Source: the human T2T-CHM13v2.0 reference genome, Homo sapiens. From it: a stretch of 64,000 nt of DNA. This document shows positions 30,307 through 43,589 of the stretch, piece after piece; position 1 is the stretch's first letter, and each line of letters starts with the position of its first letter. The notes below the pieces were generated by a model, which did no database searches, was not told the DNA's origin, and was given only the letters and a program-made list of their open reading frames with translations. The translations under genes were made by a program, and so were the position numbers. The DNA is taken from NCBI RefSeq assembly GCF_009914755.1, contig NC_060947.1; one strand, given 5' to 3'.

Positions 30307-32714
30307 TGCTTCAGACTCACTAGTCTATCTTTGAATCTTTCACTGTGCTAACCTCCCTCAAACTCCCAAGTCTTTGCCCATGCTTTTTCACTTTCTGGGA
30401 TTTATTTCCCTTTTCTGCCTTCATGCTGATTTTTCTTGCTAATCCTTTCTCTTCCTTCAAGAACCAGCTTGATGCTCCCCTTCCTTATAAGCATTGTCAG
30501 AGTCCTCTGGCTAAATCAGGAGATCCTCTGTGTTAGTGTCATTAGACAGCACTGCAATGACAGATTTTATTCCACGCGTTTTCTTACCTATGCTGAGCAT
30601 AGTGAAAGGCAGGGCTGCCCAGTGCCTGCCCTTAATACCTGTGAAATCTGTGGGTGAACTGGGTAATGCTGGAGAATGAGAAGCCACAGCTGAAGGTTAA
30701 GGAAAACCTTCACAGTGATCTTGAGATGAAGGAATAGAAAGTCCAAAAGAAAAAATCAACAGAAAACTAATGAGTTTGCTTAATATAATCTACTACGTTT
30801 ATACACTTTTCAGGAAAAAAAAAGTTTGATTACACAAGTAAGCATATGCTGATGAAATTGGCCCAGATCCAATTTTATTCCTCAGGAATAGACTATTAAA
30901 TTTGCTTATGAGAAGAGGAAAAAACAGCCTTATCTGCTGGTTACATTTATTGATAGGTAGTTGCAGGGATATTCTGATGACTTATTATTCATCATTTGCT
31001 TCTTATGAGCAAGCAATTCTCATTCTGACCAGGCACTAACTGCCTGGTAGCTGGCAATTGAAGACAGATTCACATCTACAGGAACTGAGAAGTAAATGGG
31101 CTTTCTCTTTTTGCCCGCAAAGACCCATGGACATTTGCCACTGTCAGGTGCTGCTATACCTGTTGTGTGATGGTCAGTAAACAAAGCACTACAGTCTTGA
31201 GTTTAAGATCTTCATTGCATTTACAAATGATTTATTATATTACATTCATCTGTGGCAAGTCAATAGCAAAATAACAGAACTTCACTGTGAAGGCCACGGG
31301 TGACTGCCAAGGAGAAATAGAAGGTTCACTGGCTATAGAAGATTATATTCAGAGGGGAAAATTGAAAATCATGGAGCATTTGCAAATGCAGCCTGCATGG
31401 TATTGCTTCCTCTAGCAACACTTCTTGAGGATGTTTCTATCATACAGGAATCAATCTATCATGTCAACTTCAGCCCTTTATGACCTGGCTCATACACCTG
31501 CCATTCGGAGGCTCACTTTCTAGTGTATGATATTATCATGCAAATACCTCAGGATACTGTATTGCTCAGCGTTTTGGAATGTCCTCCTTCTTTCAAACAA
31601 ATCAAAATGCGATTCTTGTTTTTTTTCCCCCCAACATCAAGATTTATCCCTACATTTTTTAGTATTATTTAAAAACTACTCTAGAGTTAATGAACAATGT
31701 TTCTCATGAACATAAACCTGTAAATCTCAATGTTACTTTAACACCAAACTGACATTATATACCGAGAGAGACCTACTATATAAAAAGGAACTTAAATGAA
31801 TGTTATACAAAACATTAAATAAAATGGGAGAAAGTCTCCCCATGTACCAAGAGAGAGATGACTTTCTCCTTCCTGTGGAGAATAACTTAACACAATTTAC
31901 CTGATGGATGCCTAGATGTAAAATACTATAAGCAAAATACAGCCATGTTTTCGAAAAAAAAAGAAAAGAGGAGGAGAAAACTGCAGGAACCGTGCAGCAA
32001 TTTTAAACCAAATTTACAGGTCAATCTTCTCTCATAAAAAAAGATCAATTCTAGACAGAAAAGTAGGTATTTACAGAAAACAAGTCTGTTTTAAACTTTC
32101 TCTTTCAAATAAATGCTATCCAGGTGAAAAATAATTTGGAGAAATGCCATATGATATAATATGTTAATCCATCCACATATTTTTATCTTGCTCAGCTAAC
32201 ATAGGTGTGGCAGCAGGGTCTGGGAGAGACTCTCTTCCAAATTTATTGTGATCCAACAAAATACTTTTTATTGACATTCAAAGCATAAGCCACAGCTCAG
32301 TGTTTTGCACATTTACTGTAACTGAGGGATTCCAATGGAGACTGACAATCACAGGTTTTCACCTTTTTAGATACAAAGACAGGATAGACTCTGTGCCATG
32401 GAGTCAGAGTTTTTCTCTGGGACTTGACCTAGACTGAGCCTCTCTTTGATGGCAAAGCTGTGAGGAAAAGAGCTGCCGGGGCCAGGCTGAAGAACATGTG
32501 AGGAAGCTGGCTTATGGAAGGCAATGGAGACCACCAAAGAGAAAGACAGTTTGGCAAAGAGCATGCCACTGTTCCTGCTGTCTATCAAAGGACAATTGTA
32601 AGTTCAAGAAGAGAGAGTGAAAAATAGAGAAATGGTGATGAAATACCGACATTAGAATAGAGGATAAAAGGCTAAGTGTAAATACTATTGTTAGGGTTTA
32701 CACTAGCATTTAAT

Positions 32715-34305
32715 CTTTTTATTATGGTAAAATACACATAACAGAAAATTTAAAATATTTTCCATTTTTAAGTATACAGTAACTGTAGAATTAAATATAT
32801 GCACATCATTGTGAAACAGATCTGTAGAACTTTTTCATCTTGTGAAACTGAAGCTTTATAGCCATTGAATAACTTCCTTTATCCCTGCTCCCTTAAGCCC
32901 CTGACAGTAACTATTCTACTCTATGTTTGTAAAAGTTTGCCCATTTTAGATACTTCATGTAAATGGAATTTTGCAGTAATTGTTTTATTTGTGACTGACT
33001 TATTTCACTTAGCATAATGTCCTCAATGTTTAGTCATGTGATACCCATACGATAGGATGTCCTTCATTTTTAAGGCTGAATAATGCCCCATTGTATTTTC
33101 TTTATCCATTTTTCTTTGGATTAGCATTTAAGTTGCTTTCACCTCTTGACTATTGCAGGTAATGCTGCAGTGAAGATGGGTGGGAAAATATCTCCTCACA
33201 ATCCTGTCTTCAGTTATTTTGAATATATAGCTACAGTAGGATTGCTGCATCTTAAGGTATTTATATTTTTAATGTTATTTGAGAAATGTCCACAATATTT
33301 TCCATAGCAGCTACACCATTTAACATTCCTCACAACAGTATGTGAAGGTTCTAATTTCTCCATATCTTTGTCAATACTTGTTATTTTCTGTTTTTTTGAT
33401 AGTGGCTATTCTAACAGATATAAGTGGATATTTCATTGTAGTTCTCATTTGCATTTTCTTAATAATTAGTGGTGCTAAACATCTTTTAATGTGCTTCTTG
33501 GCAATTTGTATATCTTCTTTGGAGAAATGCCTATTCAAGTCTTTTGATCATTTTTAAATTAGTTTTTTTTTCCTTGTCAAGTTGTATATTCTAGATATTA
33601 ATCCTTTGTCAAATGTAGTTTGCAAATATTTTGTCCCATTCTGTAGGTTGCATTTTCACAGTGTTGATTGTTTCCTTTGCTATGTAAAATTGAAATTTAA
33701 CATAGTCTCATTTGCCTATTTTTGCTTTTTTTTTTTCTTGGCCTATGCTTTTGGTGTCATATCCAAGAAATCATTGCTAAATCCAAAGTCATGAAGCTTT
33801 TCCCCTAGGTTTTATTCTAAAAGGTTTACCATTCGGCATATGGATATTCTGTTTTCAATCATCATTTATTGAAGAAACTATTGTTTTCCCCTTTTGTAGG
33901 CTTGACACCCTTGTGCTAAGATTATTTGACCATATATGCCAGGGTTGATTTCTAGGCTCTCTATTCTGTTTCATTCATCTATATGTAGGTCTTCATATGA
34001 GTACCATACTGTTTTGATTACTGTAGCTTTGCAAAATATTTTGAATCAGGAAGTGTGAGACCTCCAACATTGTTTTTATTTTTCAATATTGTTTTGGCTA
34101 TTTAAGGCCTTTTGAGATAGCATATGAATTTTAGGATTTTTCTCTATTTTGCAAAAAAATGCCATTGAAATTTTGATAGAGGTTACATTTAATCTATAGA
34201 AGACTTTGGGCAATATGGTCATTTTAAGAATATTGTCTTCCAATCCATCAACATGAAAATCTTTCAATTAATTTATGTATTATTTAATTCCTTTCTGCAA
34301 TGTTT
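32715..34305 (-). mobile_element. L1MA/L1MB 3' portion
   Basis: Antisense 3'UTR plus ORF2; ORF 34076-34267 (NILKMTILPKVFYRLNVTSIKI) resembles ORF2p. Confidence 0.9.
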
Positions 34306-35350
34306 TGTTTGTTCCTTTTCATTCTTTTTTATCTATTCTTATCTGGCTGTCTTATTTTAGAAAGTCAATCTTCAAGCTCTGAGATTCTTTCCTCAGCTTG
34401 GTCTACTCTGAAATTAATATTTATGATTGCAATATGAAATTCTTTTAGTGTGTTTTCCAGCACTATTAGATCAGCAACATTCTTTTCTATACGGGCTATT
34501 TTGTCTGTCAGCTCCTGCATCTTTTTATTGTGATTCTTAGCTTCTTTGGATTGGATTTCAAAACACTCTTGAATCGCAATGATCTTTGTTCTTATCCATA
34601 TTCTGAATTCTATTTCTGTCATTTGAGTCATCTCAGCTCAGTTCAAAACCCCTTCTGGAGAGCTGGTGTGGTCATTTGGAGGAAGGAAGGCACTGGCTTT
34701 TTGAGTGTCAGGGTTCTGGTGCTGATTCTTTCTCATCTTTGTGGGCTTTTATTCCTTCAATCTTTGAAGCTACTGACTTTTGGATGAGTTTTTTAAAAAA
34801 TTATATTTGTTAAACTTGAGGGTGTGATTGTGGTAGAAGGTGAATTCAATTGACAGGCTTCATTTCTGGAATAATTTAGGGGGCCAACGCTCACCTTCCA
34901 ACTCTTGGACTGTGTGCTCTACCTCTGGGGGATTTGTGTTGGGCCCTGACTTTGTTCTTTGGCTCCTTGAGGTTAGAAATCCATTGTGCTAGGGTGCCCA
35001 GGTACTCCCAGACTACTGATCACTGCACTCCAAAGCATTTCATAGTGAGGCAGCAGTGGGATTTATCCTTGTTAACAGGTGCCAGCAGTAGTAGCAGTGT
35101 GGAGGGGTGCACACTTGCCAGCTGTGGCAGGGTGCTAGTGGGTGCTGAGATGTCTGCCTCTGTGCAAGCATTCACCACAGTGGTTGAGGTAACATGGCTC
35201 AGGGGGACAGGGGCACCGTGCTGGCAACTATGTGAGCAGTCATGCTGCTGGTGGTGTTGGCATTGGGAGTGGGCAGTTGGCAGACATAGGCCTGTGCGCT
35301 TTCTCTGTGCACACAGAGCTGTGCTTGCTTGGGAAAAGGGCTATCACAGG
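34306..35350 (-). mobile_element. L1PA13-16/L1PREC2-type ORF1 N-terminus plus part of the 5'UTR
   Basis: ORF 34365-34631 (MTEIEFRIWI...RVDQAEERISELED) resembles the ORF1p coiled coil. Confidence 0.85.
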
Positions 35351-35549
35351 TGACATGTAATGGTTTGTTTTTACCCATTTCAATGTGGATGTTCTTTGCT
35401 TTACCCTACACTGGTAAGCTGCAGTTTTTTGTTGCTTTCTGCAGTTTTCATAAAGCTTCCCGGACTACATAGTTTTGCAAAGTCAGTGTTTTTGTTGGGA
35501 AATGAGATCTGAGACTTCATGTTCTACCTATCTTTCTGGGGTCACTCCT
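35351..35549 (-). mobile_element. Probable L1M 5' terminus
   Basis: gagacttcatgttctacctatctttctggggtcactcc resembles the reverse complement of an L1M 5' start. Confidence 0.55.
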
Positions 35550-35619
35550 AAATCTCCGCACACATTTTATGAAAAGGATTAAGTCACTGAGATAGAGGAA
35601 TAAGTTTTATATACTTAAT

Positions 35620-35860
35620 AATTATTTTAGTAGCTACTCTGTTTTGACTGCTTACCATGTGCCTGACACACAGTATATAATGATATTCTCACAGCCCTAG
35701 CAATAAGAACTCAAAATGCCACTTCACCTCTCGAATTTAGCTAGTAAGAGATATGAAAGAAAAAAATTAACAAAGTAGCCCAAGAGCACCCTTCCAGTAA
35801 ATGGTATGAAAGGCATTTTCAACAAGGCAATCTAAGTCCATAGCCAATGGTTTTAATGAA
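35620..35860 (-). mobile_element. MIR remnant
   Basis: ttgactgcttaccatgtgcctgacac...aagtagcccaag...cagtaaatgg. Confidence 0.55.
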
Positions 35861-36333
35861 TTGTTTCAAAGTCTTTAGTATTTAAAACTTTAGGACCAGA
35901 TAAAAGGCAAAATAAACAAAAGATCAAAACACAAGCAGACAGTGATTTAGTTTAGCGAATTAACATTAATTTTATTGCTTAACATCACAGGAAACAAAAA
36001 AGGTCACAAGTAAGAAAGAACTAAATAAAATATGACAGTAGATACAAAAAATTCATAAGCTCCTAGACTTTGGGGAAGAATGCATTTTTAACTTAATATT
36101 TATTTAAATCTGATAGGTGTACCATTCAAAGAGAATTGGAGTTACTCTGGTTTCTAAATTGAATAATCATTTTGCCTCGTGTAGTAAATTCTGGATATTT
36201 ATTAGGAAAGCCTTGAATAAAGCATATCAACAAGCCCTAGATATGTTTAATCAATGGAAACCTGCATGAATGGTCCAGAGACAATTTTCCAAACCCAATC
36301 AGATATAGGGATTTATGGCACATTATCTCCCCC

Positions 36334-36657
36334 AAGGAAAATTTTACGTTGAATCCCACAAAACCCAGCAAAACCTTATAAATTGGTTTCCTCCATCCCT
36401 TTACCAACATTGAATTCAATATTACTTTGGTATACAATTAACTGGGGAGTTTTATCTTTTCCAAGACTCCAGACTCAATTTTGCTATGTTTTCTAAAGGA
36501 AAACTTTACGTTGACCCCCACAAAACCCAGCAAAACCTTATAAATTGGTTTCCTCCATCCTCTTACCAACATCTAATTCAAGATTAACTTGGTACACAAT
36601 TATTTGGGGAGTTTTATCTCTTCCAAGACTCCAGACTCAACTTTGCTACGTTCTCGA
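36334..36657. repeat. Tandem duplication, 2 x 162 bp
   Basis: Copies 36334-36495 and 36496-36657 align without gaps; about 18 mismatches by hand count. Confidence 0.97.
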
Positions 36658-37503
36658 ATTATGCAATCATAGGAACAATTTCTAAGGCAGATTATATCAG
36701 TAAATTATCTTCAACTACCTGCTTTTCTTCATTATTTGTCTTGCTGTTGGTTTTGTTGTTTCTGTTGTTGTAGCTTCAGCACCTCCTACCACATGGGGGA
36801 GAAGGTTGAGGGGCATTGGACAGATATTTTTATTAGATATCTTTTGTTCTAAACAGTCCATCTAAAGTTACAGTATTTAGAAAATATTCACCTCATTTTT
36901 CATGTCTTAGCAATACCAACAAAAAACTAACAAATAATTCTGGATCAGAATTTTTAAAAATCAGTGCAATGTTTCTTGTTTATAATTTATGACTCTCTTA
37001 ACTATCACTCACCAAGGACGTAACTGATTGGCAAGTTAGTGGCCTCCAGATGACCCACCCTGCTTACAGCCAATTCACTTCCAATTATTTAAATTAAATA
37101 GCATCAAGTAAAAGTCATTGCTAAGGGTAAAAAGATGAATAAATTAAAATATGTTCCCTAAAGCACAGTTTCTATTAAGCCAGGCATATATGAGAAAATA
37201 AATTTAAATTAAAAGTATAAATGTAAAAGAAAAAATCAACAGCAGAGCAAAATTTGAATAGGACTTTAGATGAGATTATTCACGATTGATGGGCTCATTA
37301 ATTTTTTGGAAAAGTAAGAATATAGATGAGGGAAAATAAAGTTGGTCATTTATTCTTAGTGCTTCTTATTTCCTCAGCAAATATCACCATTTCACTGAAC
37401 TTAAAAAAAATGAATAAGTATTGTGCACTGGTTCTTGGAAAACTTCCTCTGTGCATTGAATGCCTTTTAGTTTGACCTCAAAAATCTTTGCGAAATGCTT
37501 TAA

Positions 37504-37849
<346 letters not shown>

Positions 37850-38594
37850 GTATTGTTAGTTTTAATATTAGCGGATAGGACGGTGGCTGAGAAACTTCCC
37901 TTCAGGATACAGAGAGGCTGTGCCCTCAAGGTATTCAAGTCTTATGCCTCCCAAAATATTCACCTGACAATACAAAAAGAAAAATTATATTTGTGGATAC
38001 ATTCACATTATACCAAAAATTACAGATTGATTTAGCCAGAAAAATGACTTGCACATATATGGAATTGTATACTCAAACAAATATGAACTGACAGATTTTT
38101 CATATTTTCATTTTAATTTTGGTGTTGCAGATATAGCTGAAAGTGTGGTAAAGTCCTAGATAGTAATTAATTCAGAGTTGTCAATTTTAGAAAACACTTG
38201 TTGTGTTGATATTCCACGTGAGTTGTTCCCTTTTGACCCAAACTTATTAACAAATTCTGTTTCCTATCACTCATTTATGTTCTTTTAATTGTCATCACAG
38301 CCAAACGTTTCCTATGTGTGAGATACATCAGAGTGTGAAGTGCTACTACTTTCTTTAGATACAATAATTTTAGAGCAATGCATAGAGAGGAATGAGGAGA
38401 TTCTTTCATTTCATGGTGATAGTTTTTCTTTTATTGATTGTACATAAATCTAGAAAGAGTATGTATGATGTGGTAAAAAGAGAAATGGCCTGGGTGACAA
38501 AAGGGATGTTCCTCGTACCAATTATACCCATAACCTTAATGGACAAACTTTGAAAAGTCACCTAGGCTCTCAGCCTTAGTCCCCTCAATTTCAG

Positions 38595-38856
38595 CAGAAG
38601 GAAGAGAGAGAGAGAGGGAGGGAGAGAGAGAGAGGGAGGGAGAGAGAGAGAGGAAAGAAGGAAGAATGAAAGAAGGCAACAAGGAAGGAAGGCAAGAAGG
38701 AAGGCAGGAAGGAAGGAAGGCAGGAAGGAAGGAAGGAAGGAAAGAAGGGAGGGAGGGAGGGATTGCAAGAGGGAGGGAGGAAGAAGGGATTGCAAGGGAA
38801 GAGATGAAAATGAAGGAGAGAGGAAGGAAGAAAACAATAAATAAAGGAAGGAAAGG
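38595..38856. repeat. Polypurine (GA)n/(GGAA)n/(GGGA)n tract
   Basis: Read directly. Confidence 0.95.
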
Positions 38857-38959
38857 ACACAAATTGGGAAATATATGTATTATTACATTATGTCCAAATA
38901 ATTTATTTCTTATCTTCTGCTTCATTTTACCCTTCCACTTGAACTGAGATATATTCAAT

Positions 38960-39125
38960 ATGTTCATTCATTCAAGAACACATATTAAACACCTGCCATT
39001 GCTAAATATTATGCTTCAGGCTGGAAATGCCACAATAAATATCACATCATACCTGCACTGAATGTTTTCAGAGTGTAGTTAGGGTAACATGTAAAATATA
39101 CAATGTCAATGCCTGCATGTCAGTG
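38960..39125 (-). mobile_element. L2 3' end remnant
   Basis: ttcattcattcaagaacacatattaaacacctgcca...atgcttcaggctggaaatgc. Confidence 0.7.
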
Positions 39126-40229
39126 AATAAAGCCAATCAGAAAGTGGAAGATATTTTCTTCCATAAGAAAGAATTTTTCAAAAATTTGTTTTGTTTCTTT
39201 TCAGTGCTCTTCAGGTATTACTTCCTTTATGTTTTCTGACTTCTCCACTATTTTTAGGCCTCTCTGGATGTGGAGCAGATAGCAACAGAAATCAGGAGGT
39301 AGGCTGTTTTTGACTAGAATGAGATTTCGTTAGTGTCTTGCCAGGATCACCTTTAATTTTGGAATTTCATTTTTTAGCTCTTCCTCTGCTTTAGCCCCCT
39401 TAATATTTTTCTCTCTCATCTCTCAGGTTTTCCTTCCATTGGACGTCAATTTCTTGACAAGGAGGCTGCACTGATAATTATCCTGACAGAGGCATTTTTT
39501 CTAATGGTCCTCACCTGCTTTGTCTGGTGATACAAGCAATGGAATTCACCACACAGGCTTTTGGACTGTGGTCTGTATATTTCCGGGGATTCACACAAAA
39601 AGCCAAGAAGTGATGGTTTGTGCCAATACCTAGGTACACTGCCTCTGGACCTTGTCTTATCTGTAAAATAATTAAACTATAAACAAATCCTGTTAGTCAA
39701 CAGACCTTTTAAGCCCAGACATTCTGCCACCTGTGTTTTTGAGAATTAGAGGCAGATTGTGCTTGGCAGGTATTTATCAATCCGTACATTGACTGATTTC
39801 AAATTCTCCACTGAGCAAACATCACAGCTCATTTAGTAGGTTTGGAAGAAGATGTTTTCACTATTGGACTCAGAAACACTTTGGGAAATATTGTTTTTAC
39901 AGAGCATCCTGTCAAATCATCCAACAGACAAATATACTCACTTCCTAACTGCCAGGCTATGTTCGAAAGGCAGGACAAGAAGGCAGATTTTTTGCAGGAA
40001 GAAAGGTTCAACTACTAGAGGCAAATGTTTAGATTAACAAGCCCTATGGCCCAGTCAAACTTGGTTCACGTATTAAATTCTTTTTTGGTAAATAAACAAG
40101 TGCAGCCAAAAGGTTAGAGATGGATAAGAGCTGATAGTGTCCCAAAGGCTCACTTTCAAAATATAATAAAAGCAGGCTTCAGATCAAATTCCAGTATATG
40201 CTTATTTATTAATTATCCATTTTCAAATG

Positions 40230-40330
40230 TCCATAAAGCAATTCCGGAAACTTAGGAATGGCCCCTGATAATTATATTTATAAAAAGTATCCTGGATGAT
40301 CCTGAAGCACACAAAATTGTTAAAACCACA
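40230..40330. mobile_element. MER5-type hAT-Charlie fragment
   Basis: aagtatcctggatgatcctgaagcacacaaaattgttaaaaccac. Confidence 0.55.
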
Positions 40331-40494
40331 CCATCAAGCTGTACAGACATCAAAATTAATGCCTCCCTTAGCAACCTTCTATTTGGTTTTTGGGAAACTG
40401 GGAAAGAATAATGAAAAGAAGTCCAGGGATGGTAATATTTGAGACAGATTGTGCATTATCCATGCTCTTGAGCTTTATTTATTTTTTAAAATAT

Positions 40495-40645
40495 AGAAAT
40501 TATGTGTGAACATTATTCTTAAATACAGAGAGATAAAACCTACCCCAGGCCTGCTGAATCTGCAAACTTACTGTTGGAGAGTCATATGTATTTTGCAGAA
40601 ACTTGTGGTTGATTCTAAAGCACAGCAGCATTTATGAATTATTCA
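40495..40645. mobile_element. MER5A-type fragment
   Basis: cctaccccaggcctgctgaatctgcaa...ggttgattctaaagcacagc. Confidence 0.55.
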
Positions 40646-40739
40646 TATAGAGCTAGCTAGCTGGAAGCCAATTTTCATTTCTCTCATCCAAGTTCTAGAG
40701 CTTCCAGCAACAGAAAAACACTCACTTTTCTGCACCCAC

Positions 40740-40830
40740 AGTTGCTATTAGTTAGCACTGTGATCTCAGGCAAGTCACTTAACACTTAAGATCTCTAGTT
40801 TTCTCACCGAAAAAAATCATATTAAACATA
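40740..40830 (+). mobile_element. MIR core fragment
   Basis: ctgtgatctcaggcaagtcacttaac...agttttctca. Confidence 0.6.
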
Positions 40831-42356
40831 AGCTAATACAGATATCTTGATAAAATGTTATCTCAAGTCCATCCATTCAAAAACAAGTCATTGTTACAGG
40901 GGTGGTAGTAAATAGTATTTTGATAATAACCGAAGCATTTCTTTCTCTTATAATTTCTGACAATATTGGGCACCATACTCATTGGCTCAGTGGTGTTCCT
41001 TGAATCAGGGGAGTGATAGCTCAGCTGAGACTAAAGAAGTCAAGAGAGTTTACAAGTAAAGTCTTAAAAAACCCACAGAACACACAGGAATTGTGAAAGT
41101 CTAGCATTCCAATAAAGTTGCCTTGAAGCAAGCAGACCTGGAATGTATGCCATATTCAGTTAACTAAAAAAAATTGTATAATGATGTGAGAGCAATTTCC
41201 TGTCCCTCGCCAGAAAAAGAACCCACATATTAGAGAAGCCAGAATAATTGGAAGATATGATCAAGGGAGTTAAATTGTGGATAAAATTTTCTAGGGCTAT
41301 GTCCTCAGGATTTTTTGTGTGTTAGAAATTAGACAGGCTTAGTGAAACCCAAACATAAAGAAAGGGTTAGTAAAAGCCTCCTAGGGTGGTCACAAGGCCA
41401 CTTTAGCACCTTAATTTTAGAGTAGCAAGTTGTGAGTCAATATCCCTCGATGTGTATCACTGCTAAATTTTGAAAGTAGCCTACACCCTTCAAAAGGACA
41501 TAAAATGGCTGAGTGGACTGGAGACTTCGAGAGTCCTCAAAATGACAGAAAAGTGAATACACATATTAATATGCAATAAACTAGGCACCACAGAGCAGAG
41601 GGACATGGACATTTGAACCATAGAGGCAGTGGATAGATATTAACCAATAAGATCAATTAAGTTTATACATCTCAGCCAAAGTCAACATGGGTTCTTGTTG
41701 GTTCAAATGTTGTTATACACAATAAAATCTCTCACTCTCTCTTTTCCAAATGCCAGGTTATTTATAGATCGTTGCTGCAACGTAGATCACCTTCAGGGCA
41801 AATAGAAGGAAAGAGAAGACAGAAAATTCCTAAATTAAGAGAGTGTTACCCTTAAAAGATTGAGTTTCAAAACAGAATTTACTGAATTTGCCTCAATTTA
41901 AAACATTGTCCAGAATATAGTAGACAAAAATGGTGACTATCTTACACCAAAGAGCTCATGGTTGGGTAGATAACAGATTATACCACCAGCACCCCTAAAT
42001 CTGACTTAGGCCAATTTGGTCTTGCACAATCCTTAGTTTATTTTTGATAGGCTATGCTGTCCTAAAGGTGGAGATGGATAAAGGTATTATCATAAACTTT
42101 TCTCTCGGGTTAAATCAAGTCTTAGAAATAATACAGCCACATATGCAGACATAGATTACTCAAACACTGATCATCAAACAGGAACAAAATAGTTCATGCA
42201 ACCTGTTCTGTTGACTCCATGAAGTTCAGCTTTCTGTCCGTTTAGGTGCTTTAACTACCTCTTTCCATAAAAGGGTCATTCTATGCTAATAAAAACCATT
42301 GCAAAGGCTGGAATCTCCAGCATTTATAATAGTTAGCATTATATATCCTCTCAAAC

Positions 42357-42530
42357 CAGTGGTTTCCAACCTTGATTGCATATTGAAATCACCTAGGAAG
42401 CTTTAAAAACTACTAATTCCTGGACTCCTCCCCTAAGGATTCTGCTTTAATTGTTATGAGTTGTGACTTAGACATTTGCAGCTTTTTAAAAGCAAGTACT
42501 TCTAATGTGCACTCAGGTTTAAGAACCATA
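42357..42530 (+). mobile_element. MER5B hAT-Charlie MITE
   Basis: cagtggtttccaaccttgattgcatattgaaatcacctaggaagctttaaaaa...gattctgctttaattg...ggtttaagaacca. Confidence 0.85.
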
Positions 42531-43562
42531 ATCCTAAACAAGTAGTGGGCACATGGCTGCATGGAAGATTTTCAGTTTAATAAAGCCTTGGGTTTCATCC
42601 AAAAGTGTAAAGTCTACCAACCTCATCAGATTCTTAAAATCTCTGTGCATTGGGTGAGCAATATCTCCTATAGTTTGAGCCAGTCCATAAACCTTAACTA
42701 CTTTTCATTTTACCTATAAGAGTTCATTAACAAAAATTATTATTCTATTTATTATGACTAACCAATAAAATTTAATTTTCTGGTATTTAATATGTTAATT
42801 GGCAAAGTCTAGTTTGTTGACTGAGATACAAGGAACAGAAGCTCTTTCAGGAACTGTCTCTTGAGTTTGGACTTCCTATTTGAGCACCAGCTGACTTTGT
42901 CTAGACTGCGTCCTTTAGTGTAATATTTGAATCCTAGTTAGTGCTTGAATTAAATATTTAAATGACACACATATTTTGTGTGTGTGTATGTGGTATTTGA
43001 AGTATATGATAAACATTATAACACTTCTTCCTACTGTAATCCTGGTTGGGCAGATTCTGTAACCTAAATTAAAGGTGCCATTTTCAATGCCTTCCATTGG
43101 GAAGGTATTTTCCAATGTCCTTCTATTGGGAGTTGATTTTTGTTTCCCACAGTAGACTCTACATCTTTTCGGCATTGGGATCATCTTTCCCTTACTTCAG
43201 CAAAGAAATCTTAATCATAAGAATAGTAGTACTCAGTCTTAAATGACTTTGAGAAAACAACATAGAGTGTTGTCCTTGCATAGAAAGTGAAAGTAAAATG
43301 GTCTGATTCCAAAACACAAATCTGTGGCCATAGTTTCCTGCCTATAGGAAAATCACAGTTCAGTCTCTTGGCATTAACTGTCTGGCTCCAAATAAAAATA
43401 AGAAAGGACAACCCCTACACTGTCCCAGTAACACGGCGACTCTAGTCCTGAAGACCCTTTCACTTCAGTGACCTCCTAATCCTGCCTCACTTTCCATAGC
43501 ACTGGCCAAGATTTCTGAATGCTTATAGATTATTACAGAATGTGTTGTTTCTGTTTTAATTT

Positions 43563-43586
43563 ACACACATACACACACACACACAC
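43563..43586. repeat. (CA)n microsatellite
   Basis: Read directly. Confidence 0.85.
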
Positions 43587-43589
43587 AAA

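Noticed and set aside
38536-38967. Overlapping ORFs of 89-143 aa
   Set aside because: Artefact of a polypurine/polypyrimidine tract that lacks stop codons.
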